64,000 nucleotides of DNA, from NCBI GenBank assembly GCA_001662655.1, contig KV460219.1, one strand, 5' to 3'. Positions 10,321-21,235 of this stretch are shown here, piece after piece. The position numbers and the translations under genes were made by a program. Below the pieces are notes generated by a model that saw nothing but the letters and a program-made list of their open reading frames with translations, was not told the origin of the DNA and did no database searches. The stretch comes from Pseudogymnoascus verrucosus (Eukaryota). Every line of letters starts with the position of its first letter. The stretch's first letter is position 1.

Positions 10321-13300
10321 GGAAAGGCTCCTTCCTAGGTCTACGTAAATGTAATCTATAAAGACTAGATTTACAAGAACTCTTAGGAGGCTCCTAATTT
10401 CTCGTTAATACAACCCTAAGTATAAACGGACTTAGGGTGCAAACGAAGTCACTTATAGACATAGGAGCAAATGGCTACCTTGTCATTAATAAGCCTTTTG
10501 TGCAATGGTTGTCGAAAGCGCTTTAGAGCCCTATATAGAAACTGCCCTACTCTATACCTATATGTAGATTTTAGCGAAATATCTAAAGCTATGTATTAGA
10601 GTATATTCAGTTACACTTAACAGTTAAAGGACGCTAAATATATAACTGCCCCTTTGTGCTCCTAGATCTTAGAGCACAAGATGTAATAATTAGGAAGAAG
10701 CTTTTTAGCTGCTTCTAAATCCTACTCGACTCTATAAAGAGCTAGCTAGTATAGCTAAAGGAGTACCCGCCTACTCCTAGCTAGAGTAAAGAGATTACCT
10801 TGCCCTACTACTTATGTAAACTATTTATACATCACCCTGCCTATTAATTAGATGCGAACTAGCAGGACGATGCTATTAACTATAACGATAGACGACATGA
10901 GGGCAGACGCTCAATACTAATAAAAGTGATAACAGCCTATTATAACGCTATTATGATTACCCTACTAAGCTTAGTACAAGACAAGGGAACGACCTACCTA
11001 CACCCTAAAACCCTAAGGACACGAGCCTCACTTATAGAAACCTATAAAGACAGACCCTTAGGATAAGTGGAGGCAAAACCTCTAAGAAACGGACCATCTA
11101 TATATGAAAGAAAGAACTATAGGAGGAGTAGAGTTGTCTCTCCCTCCTAACGCTAGACCCTATTACGTAGCTTTACACTAGTCTAAATTTGTAAGATTAG
11201 CGCAAACGCTTTCTACTATGAGATGATGCGAAGCGACTCTAAGTTCTTTACAACAAGCATCTACAAGATCGACTAGATCATCTAGGAGAGGGAAGCAGCT
11301 AAGGACAAAGAAACGCTCTGCCTTATTTAGGACAAGCTTCTACATATGCACCACAACTATTCTAATGTCTTCTTAAAGTCAGAATCTAATCAGCTTCCCC
11401 TACATTACATATACAATCATAAGATACAACTAGAAGCCCCTTTACTAAATGCCTTTTCGCTACTATACTAACAAAGTACTAAAGAGCTTAAGGCAACTAA
11501 GTAATACCTATTAGAGAACCTTAAGAAGGGCTTTATAGTTAATAGCAATAGCCTGTTTACCTCCCCTATACTGTTCGTAAAGAAGGCAGATGGCAAACTA
11601 AGATTTTGTATTAACTACTAGAAGTTGAACGGACTTACCTATAACAACCCCTACCCTATCCTACGTATCGACGAACTACTAGGACAGGTGTTGAAAGCAA
11701 AAATCTTTACAAAGCTAGACATTAGGCAAGCCTTCCATCGTATACGAATGGACCCTAACTCTAAAGAGTACACGACCTTCTAAACTCAATATAGATCCTA
11801 TAAATGCAAAGTGCTGCCGTTTAGTCTAACGAACAGCCCTGCAACCTATTAGAGGTATATAAACGACGTTCTTATGCAATACTTAGACAACTTCTATACT
11901 GCCTACCTAGACGACATCCTAATCTACTCTAAGGACCCTACAGAACACATAGACTACGTATATAAGGTTCTATAACAGCTTTAAGAAGTAGGACTACAAG
12001 CTGACATTAAGAAATGCAAGTTCAACGTAACCTAGACAAAGTATTTAGGCTATATCCTAACTACTACTAGTGTTGAAGCAGATCCTAAGAAGATCGAACC
12101 CCTCTAGAATTAGATCTAGCTAACAACTATCATAGGCGTGAAGTCTTACCTTAGATTCTACAGCTTCTACTACTAATTTATTAGAAATTTCAGGAAAATA
12201 GCCAAGCCTCTTACTACTATCACTAGCCCCTTAGAACCGTTTCTATAGACTAACGAATGTAAGAACGCTTTTAAAGAAATGCGCCAACAGCTTTTAGCTG
12301 TGTAGGCGCTCTACCACTTCAACCCTAAATTGCCTACGAAGCTAGAAATAGACTCCTCTAACGGAGTTGTAGCTAGTGTTCTTTCTTAAGAACACCTAGA
12401 CAAGTAATGGTATCCTATAAGCTTCTATAGTTACGTCCTATCTAGGCACAAGATTAATTAGGAGATCTACAACAAGGAACTGTTCGCTATCATAAAAGCG
12501 TTTGTAAAATGGAGGCTAGAATTAACATTAGTACGCTACTAAATCGACGTTTACACCGATTACTAATCACTAGAATACTTTATAACGACGAAGGTTCTTA
12601 TGGCAAAGTAGGTTTAGTAGATGGAGCTACTCTCTAACTTCAACTTCTATATTACATATATAGCTAGTAAGAACAATTAGAAGGTAGATATACTAAGCTA
12701 AAGAGAGTAAGACCTAATTATATAGTAGAAGGTCAAACTAGACAGCTGTATAAGGGTGCTTTTAGGCCTAGCCCAACTACACCCCTAAATTAGTGCTAAA
12801 TTAGCATAAATGTACATAGCCTTAATTAATGCAATAGACGCCCTAAACACCTAGGTCCCCTTTAACCTAATAGAAGCGCTCTACGCAGATAATAGGAGGT
12901 CGTTTACTAACACTTACACAAAAGACCCCCTACCTAATGGGTTTATAATAAAGGACTAACTATTGTTATATAAGGGTCAACTATACATAACCTAGCACAC
13001 TAAGTTATATACAAAACTCATATAGGAAGCACACGATCAAGTATTAGTAGCCTACCCTAGTAGTAGAAAAACTTATTAGTTACTTGCCCTAAAGTATCAT
13101 TAGGTTAGAATGAAAGCGGATTGTCTCTAATACGTACGTAACTACATAACGTGCCGACTTACTTACACTAACGTCACGAAGTAGTAAGGCTTCTTACACC
13201 CCCTACTAGTACTAGAATACTCTATGTAATACCTAACGATGGACTTTAAGGAATTCCTAAAGGATAAACACAGATTCGACAGCATCCTTGTGTTTATAGA

Positions 13301-14400
13301 CTGACTTAGTAAGGGTTCAGTGTCTATACTATGTCATAAGACTACTAATGCCTGCTAAATGGCGTAGCTATTCATCGAATGGATATATTGATTTAGACAC
13401 ACCCTAGAGTTAATCATTAGTAATCGCAGACCCTAATTCATATTAGCTTTCTAGCGAGAGTTCTGCTAAATTATAGGGGTTAAGATTAAGCTGTTAACAG
13501 CCTATTATAAGCAGACTAACAGGCAGACGGAAATTATGAATTAGTATATTAATTAGAGACTAAGGCCCTTTGTATCACATTACTAGGATAACTAGAGCAA
13601 GCTCATTCCCATTATAGATCAGGTGTAAATGACCCTTCCCTATGCCTTAATCAGAATGACCCCCTACTAACTTAAGTACAGAACTAATCTACGTACTAGT
13701 TAGGACTAGGAAACCCTAAAAGCCACGACCCCTAGGGAAATCATAAACTAGAAGGAAGCTAAAGCAGTAGCAAACTACATACACTCTATATAGATTTATA
13801 TAAAGGAGAACATAGCTAAAGCACAAGAGGATATGTCTAAATACACAAATTAATACTAACGAGCTATTAACTAGGACGTAGGAGACAAGGTTTACCTATT
13901 AACTAAGAATCTAAAAAATCACTACCCTAGCTATAAGCTAGGGCAACAATAGGTTAGACCCTATATAGTACTAGAACAAATCGGACACGCCTTCTAACTA
14001 GACCTACTAAAGGGTTCCTAAATACACAGTGTCTTCTCTCTAGACATACTCATTAAGGCTCTAAATAACCTGCTGCCTAGTTAAGTAGCGCCTAAGCTAA
14101 GCAGTAAAGTTGTAGACAGCCTAGAGGAGTAGGAGGTCGAAAAGATCCTTACTATAAGGATCTAGTGAAAACAACTTTAATACTAGGTATCCTAGGTTAG
14201 ATACAATCTAGACCTAGAATGGTACCCTGCCTTAAACTTTAAGAACTCCCCCTACAAAATCTAGGAGTTCTACGTAGAGTACCTAAACCTACTAGGACTG
14301 CTATAGGACCTACCTAGCTAGATCACAGAATAGGAGATAGGCAAACTAAGCTACGATTATAAGAGGCACAGCAAAGCAGAGGAAAACAGCGTCGTTGCTA
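10302..14400 (+). pseudogene. pol: pol of element B (protease, RT, RNase H, integrase, chromodomain); end approximate
   Basis: LID[I/T]GANGY at 10452, [25 protein letters not shown] near 11901, RNase H, integrase core, E*EVEKIL...WYPA.NFKNSP chromodomain near 14125-14280. Confidence 0.92.
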
Positions 14401-14583
14401 CCTATAACACTAAACTAAACACCCTCTAAGCTAGGGCACCCTTAGAGCTATAGCCCTTATAGAAGCCACCCTTCCTAAACGTCTCACTAGCGTTGTAACA
14501 AGCAGCTACTACCATAAGAGACGAAGGGTCAAAGTGACCCTACGTAAAAGACCACGCCTAAGTTCCCTCCGACATAGGGCCTA

Positions 14584-15330
14584 TCACCTAAGGTTAACGG
14601 CCACCCCCTCCTCCTCTACCTCCTCCGCCCCCCTCTTCCTCTTCTTCCCCCTACTACCGCCTACCTTCGCTACTATAGCAAGGGCGTTAGGGATCCTCTC
14701 TACTAACTCCCCTACTACATCCACTGTAGAAGCCACCCCATTAAGGGTAGCGATCTCCTTCTCCTAGTTCACTAGGATTAGGGCTGATTTCTAGCCTACG
14801 ACAGCTACAGCCTAGCGGACCCGCTACAGTCGTTAGCACGAGAACTAAAAACACATAAGGGAAATGGAAAACTTACCTCTAGACTGTCCTTAACAGCAGC
14901 GCAGAGGGCGCAACTCTCTATATAGGCCGAAAGCTTGGCTAGGGAGCGGAACTTCGGCATATTAGTAGTAGCTAATGTAACTACATGCCTAATCTCCGCT
15001 ATAGCGGCCTTAATAGCAGTAGGGACAGGAGGGGTTGCTGCCTCAGCAGCTAGGAGCTTCTAGTACTCTAGGCTAGCAAACTAGGAGATCTATCTCTAGA
15101 GGTTAGCGACGGGCAGATAGACAAACCACAAAACCGAAAGCTAAACGAGAACCTACTAGAACACACGTTGCATGTTAGGCCACGTAGCGCTTATACTTAG
15201 AGCTTTCTAAGCTCTACATACACAAGACGGCAGGATCTCCGTCCTTCTTATGCCCTTTAGCGTGTACATAGCGCATACACTGCTAGCAGAAAGCTATAGT
15301 AAGGGCGCTAGGAGGAGGGGGAACTAGCAT
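14584..15330 (-). pseudogene. three-exon antisense accessory gene of element B: six-Cys cluster with C-terminal KKRKR
   Basis: Exon 1 (15330-15157): MLVPPPPSALTIAFC*QCMRYVHAKGHKKDGDPAVLCM*SLESSK[Y/C]KR[Y/C]VA*HATCVL; introns 15156-15090 (GTAGGT..GCTAAC..TAG) and 14876-14824 (GTAAGT..GCTAAC..TAG), both phase 0; last exon ends GGSRGKKRKRGAEEVEEEGVAVNLR-TGA. Confidence 0.72.
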
Positions 15331-15898
15331 CTTTAAATTAGAAATCTACAATTTCCTATTAGCCTAACCTAAGTTATCACTACCGCGCTAGCGTGGTTCC
15401 GTCACCTACCAAATCGTTAGTTGTGTTTTTGTATCTAAAAACAACCTGTTAGCATCTAGCTATACTATTAGAAGGGCTACTTACTAGTCTTAGGAGGGGG
15501 GGTTAGCGTCGTTGTTGTAAAGAAAACAACAAGTTGTAGGCGAAGCTTGAATTTATATTCTAGCTTATAACAAAGCCGTCTAAATCAGGTTAGCGCTAAA
15601 TTTCCCCTTTACATTAAAATTCTACAACAACATATATACTACGCAGACTCTATTTAATACTAATACAGACCCTCGCCTACTAATCGCCGTGTACACAACA
15701 AAGATGCAACTTTGCGTAAACGGATTTAGACTACTTCTAGTGCCTATACAGCTGCCTACCATTAGCCTTCTAGACAAACAAAGGGCATTCTAGTCTTAGC
15801 GCCTACACCTTACCTACTAACCTAACTAAGGGCTCGTTGCAGCAGCTACTTAGCTTGCGTGCTTTAAGGACAAAGCACCTTCTTAAGGCAGGGGGTAG

Positions 15899-16197
15899 TA
15901 TAAGGATGCCTCCTTACTTAGGGTAGTTACAGCTGTCATGTGGCGCCATCGAGACTTAGGGCCGTTATAGGTCAGTTGTAACTAACAGCCTTAGGCACAT
16001 AACGTAAGGAAGCCTTAGGCAAATAGGGAGCTAGCTGAGTTAGAGCGGTTTTAGGTATTTTAAGGGAATAGCCATATAGGGTTACACCTTCATCTTTTTT
16101 ATATCCTTCGTAGTAGACCTATAGGATTGCACTAACTTCTATCTAACTCACACTCCTATATGCAACTTCTTATAATACAGTGCCCTATGTCCTTATA
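15899..16197 (+). repeat. second (internal) LTR of element B
   Basis: Direct repeat of 8402-8700, preceded by the PPT. Confidence 0.95.
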
Positions 16198-16860
16198 GAT
16201 CTCTGTCCTTCTTACGCCCTTTAGCGTATACGTAGCACATACACTACTAGTAGAAAGCTACAGTGAGGGCGCTAGGAGGAGGGGGAACTAGCATCTTTAA
16301 ATTAGAAATCTACGATTTCCTGTTAGCCTAACCTAAGTTATCACTACTACGCTAGCGCGGTTCCGTTACCTACTAAATCGTTAGTTGTGTTTTTGTATTT
16401 AAAAACAACCTGTTAGTATCTAGCTATACTATAGAAGGGCCACTTACTAGTCTTAGGAGGGGGGGTTAGCGTCGTTGTTGTAAGGAAAACAACAAGTTGT
16501 AGGCAAAGCTCAAATTTATATTCTAGCTTATAACAAAGCCGTCTAAATTAGGTTAGCAAAAAATTTCCCCCTTACATTAAAATTCTACGTTAACACATAC
16601 TACATAGACCCTATTTAATACTAATACAGACCCTTGCAACACTAATTACTACACACACAACAAAGATGCAACTTTACACAAACGGATTTAGACCACTTCT
16701 AGTGCCTATATAGCTGCCTACCATTAGCCTTCTAGACAAATAAAGGGCATTCTACTCTTAGCGCCTACACCTCACCTACTAACCTAAACAAGGGCTCGTT
16801 ACAGCAGCTACTTAGCTTACGTGCTTTAAGGACAAAGCACCTTCTTAAGGCAGGGGGTAG
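16198..16860 (+). repeat. second copy of the element B 3' internal region (matches 15234-15898)
   Basis: gatctctgtccttcttacgccc matches gatctccgtccttcttatgccc at 15234 and stays colinear to the PPT, with independent RIP changes. Confidence 0.93.
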
Positions 16861-17159
16861 TGTAAGGATGCCTCCTTACTTAGGGTAGTTACAGCCGTTA
16901 CGTAGCGCCATCGAGACTTAGGGCTGTTACAGGTTAGTTGCAACTAATAGCCTTAGGCACATAACGTAAGGAAGCCTTAGGCAAATAGGGAGCTAGCTAA
17001 GTTAGAGCGGTTTTAGGTATTTTAAGGGAACAGCTATATAGGGTTACACCTTTATCTTTTTTATATCCTTCATAGTAGACCTATAGGATTGCACCGACTA
17101 CTATCTAACTTACACTCCTATATGCAACCTCTCGTGATACAGTGCCCTATGTCCTTACA
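16861..17159 (+). repeat. terminal 3' LTR of element B
   Basis: TGTAAGG...CCTTACA followed by TSD ATACT. Confidence 0.95.
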
Positions 17160-18801
17160 ATACTCTTAATATTAGGATCTAAGTATTTATAGTATTTAAC
17201 TCCTAAGCAGTTATATATATACTAGTTACACCTAGTATGTAGGAAAGTATAGAACTAATCCTTAATAGGCTAGTATGTAAGCTTCTTGTAGTATTAGACC
17301 TAATATATTATTAATATATTATTAATCTTTTATATAATGACTTATATTTTATAAGTTTAGTATAAGTTGCTTCTTTGTTAAACCTCTAGTATTAACTAGA
17401 TACGTAATACTAGATTCTTAAGTATTTAGATACTCTAGTAACAAGCTTATAGTAATAACCTAATAAACTATAATAGCCTAGCCGTTTGTAGCAGAGTAGA
17501 TTAAAGTAGGATCCTTATTTAATTAGTAATGTATTAAGAATGTATTAGGAATGTATTAGGAATGTATTACATCATCTTCTTCATTCTCTACTTACATAGG
17601 TTCCTGCTTAGGTTTAGAGTCGTTAAATTTACTAAATCCGTCTTTGTTGATATCCTAGGGGGTATAATTAATTAAGGGTAACACTTCTAACTTAAGTAAG
17701 TTAAACTCTTCTAGATACGTCGACATATTAATGCATTGTTAATATATTAGATGCATTTACGTTAATTGCATAAATGAATAAAAGACAAGTTTAAGCTGAC
17801 CTTTAAGCTTAAGACGAGTTTCCACTTATACCCTCTAAGCTCGGAAAAATTACTAAGCGTCGGAAAATTAAAAGTGGAGAAAATCGGCAGCTTTGAGCTA
17901 ACCCCGGCGCCCTGCCTCACGTGTATCCTCGCAGCGGTGGCGACGGCAGCGATAAAAGAGCGGAATTACGTATGGACGCTAGGGCTGACAATTGTAGAGG
18001 TTTATTGTGCTGTAAAAGCTTGTCGCGACAGAAGGTTTATTCAATTAATGGAGAAAGCCGCCGATTTTGGCAGATATTGACCACTTTTTGCTCCCGCTTG
18101 AGAGGGTAAGGTTACATGACACATCCCCATCTCGTTATGGCCAGTTAGAGACCTGTCGAAACGGATAAACAAAGCTGGCTCCGTTACCTGGGGCTAAGCC
18201 ACATTGTTGATCGTCGTTGATCGCTAATGATTGGCATCCGACTTAGGAAGGGCGTAGGACAGAGGCTCGGGCTGTGCCGCCGGCTAAGCCCCGCAAGCTT
18301 CGTTTACATGTGTGCAAGTCTGGACAAGCGCCTTATTGTAAACCGTCAACATGTTTATCCAGCCAACCCCCATCTTTCGCCCTCATTCTTCTAGATCCTT
18401 TGTACTGTGCCTCATCTGTACCAAAAGCAGACCAACTATGCCTACGGTAGCTACAGCACGGAGCCTGTTCAGACACTTCTGTCGTCTGTCTATTCGTCGA
18501 TCCTTTCTCCCCTAATGTCTTGTTTTTGTACTGTACCTTAGGGTCGGCTCTGCGTCCCTTCCCGGCCTCCCCTTGCTTTTCCTTCCAACTGTTGGTAATA
18601 TAGGGCCAACAGACACTATAATTAGCTGTCACTTTCCCCCCTTTTCCCCATTCATTTCTTCTCTCTTTCTTTACGACTTTCCAAATTACTGTTTCTTAGT
18701 CTTCCTCGTCTTGCTCAAGTCCAGCCTCACTGTCGTTCCAGGGTAGTCTTCATTCGTCACGTACCAACTCACCCAATTCGACCAACCCAACACCAGCAAC
18801 C

Positions 18802-19585
18802 ATGCGTTCTGCCGTCCTCCTCTCCGTCGCCTCAGCCCTCGTGGTCACCACCGTAAGTCACCACTCCCCTCCTCTATCTCGTCCAACCCAAACTAACCCT
18901 CCACCAGTCCGCCACCGACGCCCCAGACGTGACCGGCAACCCCTCGAACATCGGCTACACTGCCATCATCCCCTCTAGCGGCCCCATCAGCGGAGAAATC
19001 CTCATCTTCGCCCCCAACACCGGCAACGGCGCAACCGTGCAAGTCAACCTGCAAAACCTCCCCACCACCGGCGGCCCCTTCGCTTACCACATCCACGCCC
19101 TCCCCGTCAACTCGACCGGCTCCTGCGAATCCACAGGCGGCCACCTCGACCCCTACACCGGCACCACCCCCTGCAACACCCCCACCCCTGCCTCCTGCCA
19201 AGTCGGCGACCTTTCCGGGAAACACGGCACCGTCCCCTACTCCAGCCTTGTCACCAATTACGGCGACGCATATCTGAGTTTGGTCGCCGACACGCCCGCG
19301 TTCATCGGCAACAGGAGTTTCGTCGTGCATGACGCGAGTGGAGCAAGAATCGCCTGCGCAAACTTCGTGTTCCATAATGGAGGGGGCTACAGTGGACCAG
19401 GCAGCGGAGCAGGGAGTGCGGCGCCGACGGGGAGTGTGGGAGGAGGGAACTCGACGGGAGGGACTGCACCGAGTAAGACCGGTGCGGTGCCGTCGTTTAC
19501 ACCAATGGGGGCGGCGAGTGTGATGGGAGGTGCGGTGGGTGGTGTTTTGGGGATAGTTGCTGCAGTGGGTGCTGCGCTTTTGTAG
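18802..19585 (+). CDS. secreted, GPI-anchored Cu-only superoxide dismutase (SOD4/5/6-like); intron 18853-18907
   Basis: Signal peptide MRSAVLLSVASALVVTT; YHIH, CESTGGHLDP, CQVGDLSGKHG, RSFVVH..RIACAN motifs; Gly/Ser/Thr linker and hydrophobic C-terminal tail. Confidence 0.9.
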
Positions 19586-19928
19586 TGGGGTGAGCGATGA
19601 AGGGGGGGTGGGGTTGGGGAGGCTAGTTTATATGGGAGAGGAAGTAAAAACATAGAGATCGAGGTAGACAAATAATGAAGGATCGTACTGCGAGCGCCTG
19701 GTGTGTCCGGAGGAAGAGTTCTTAGGAAAGCTTACGAAAAAGAGGGCACAAAACGAGAAGGCAAAGCAGCGATCCTCCCTATGCAGTTTTTAATTAACGG
19801 TCTACGGATGAGAAAAGCGATACATACTATAACGGCAAAAATTCCGGGGTTCGTTTAAAGGGATGGGGACGTTGGACGCCGCAATCACGAGAAACATGAA
19901 GGAGGCCTAACGAGAAGGCCATAAAGCT

Positions 19929-20409
19929 GTGGAGAGTTTAATAACACGGACGGCCCTGATCGACGAGCTACAACGGATACCAGATAAGAACATCGAACTT
20001 AGTTCTGAAAGCGAGGGTGTCGGTAGTAGAATCAAAAGAGTGTGGAAGAGGCTAATTTGGAAGCCAGAAGACATCGACCAGCTCGATGATCAGATTCGTC
20101 CGAGAAACGTCGTCCACAGCCCACCCACCTGTTAAACTCCCACAGAGCTATATACAGCAGTTATCCCAACTTGTACGTCCTATCGATGGCGTAGGATCCA
20201 GAAGCATGATCGAGCAAGGCACTAAGACGAACGTATTTCCTCGGAGAGACATCCCAAGGGTTATCAACTTAGCGCTTATATATACTACGAGCTTAGTTTA
20301 CTGCATAGCACGGCTGGTCCTTCTTTCGATCGCAGTGTCTAGCTTGCGGTACATGCCCGATGCCGTTTACTACTCGACATGGACAAGATATATTCCGTCC
20401 ATATCATAG
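19929..20409 (+). pseudogene. probable gene fragments (helical fragment; C-terminal membrane-protein-like fragment)
   Basis: RVWKRLIWKPEDIDQL and YCIARLVLLSIAVSSLRYMPDAVYYSTWTRYIPSIS look protein-like, but no complete gene model was found. Confidence 0.3.
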
Positions 20410-21235
20410 ATGATAGACGTTACAGTCATTCCCAACCAATTTGTTATTTCTCAAGCTATTGAGACTATCGCCGGGGCGTTACGCGCGGACGGGATGCCCG
20501 ATTTTCTTGAGTCTATAGTCGTGTGTGCAATGTTCTTGGGTATGGGGGAGTATAAGGAGGACAGATGGATGTGACGCTTAAGGATTATAGGATTTTGAAG
20601 TTGTAGTAAAGTGGTAATATGATAACGATGATGAGGCCGATTCATTGCAGTTCATTTTATTTCAGTCGGGGAAGGCGCCACTTATAATGGAAAGCACGGC
20701 AAAGGGAACGATCGACACAAGGAAGGAACAGCCCCATAAACTAAGGAAGGAACGACCGCGTAAAAGGGGAAAGATCGGCCCCTTAACTGAGGAAAGAGCG
20801 ACCGACTCGAGAAGGAAGGGAGGACCGCGTAAAAAATGGAAGGAGCGGCTCATTAACTACGGAAAGAACGAGCGACTAAAAGAAAGAACGACTGAATGAA
20901 AGCACGATTGAAGGGCAAGAACGACTGGAGGAAAGAACGATCAAGGGAAGAACGATAAAGGGAAAGAACGATCAAAAAAAGGACGATTAGGGGAAAGGAT
21001 GACCAAAGAGGGAGGTAACGACTCGGGATGCACCTTCCATCCCCAGTTCAGTCGAAAAGTGCTCCTGGACAGAAAAGGCGCGACTGAGAAGCTGGAATAC
21101 ACACGTTGCCCAGGGAAGGTGCAGCTGCACAGCTCCTTCCTTGGGCAGTTTGAATCACCTATTCCTAAAAACCCCTATCTTATACTATTTTCACTATCTT
21201 GCCCAGCGAGCAGATCGAGCTTCTCCATTACAGTC

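Larger units (their letters stand above)
8402..17159 (+). mobile_element. Ty3/Gypsy chromovirus LTR retrotransposon, family B, RIP-inactivated, three LTRs, 5-bp TSD ATACT
   Basis: 299-bp LTRs at 8402, 15899 and 16861; ATACT at 8397-8401 and 17160-17164; PPT aaggcagggggtag before LTR2 and LTR3; gag-pol remnants. Confidence 0.96.
7351..17835 (-). mobile_element. heavily RIP-degraded intron-containing DNA transposase remnant (possibly Mutator-like), split by element B into 7351-8401 and 17165-17835
   Basis: Minus-strand ATG near 17726; de-RIPed motifs LPEYP, C.GVK.C.YLDP (running up to the B insertion site), ECPYFLWTSHGEHSHPPP near 7720-7765; several canonical introns; putative terminus GAGGGTATAAGTGG at 17835. 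Superfamily assignment is tentative. Confidence 0.5.

Noticed and set aside
14534..14767. Plus-strand 77-aa ORF after pol of element B
   Set aside because: Shadow of the last exon of the minus-strand antisense gene.
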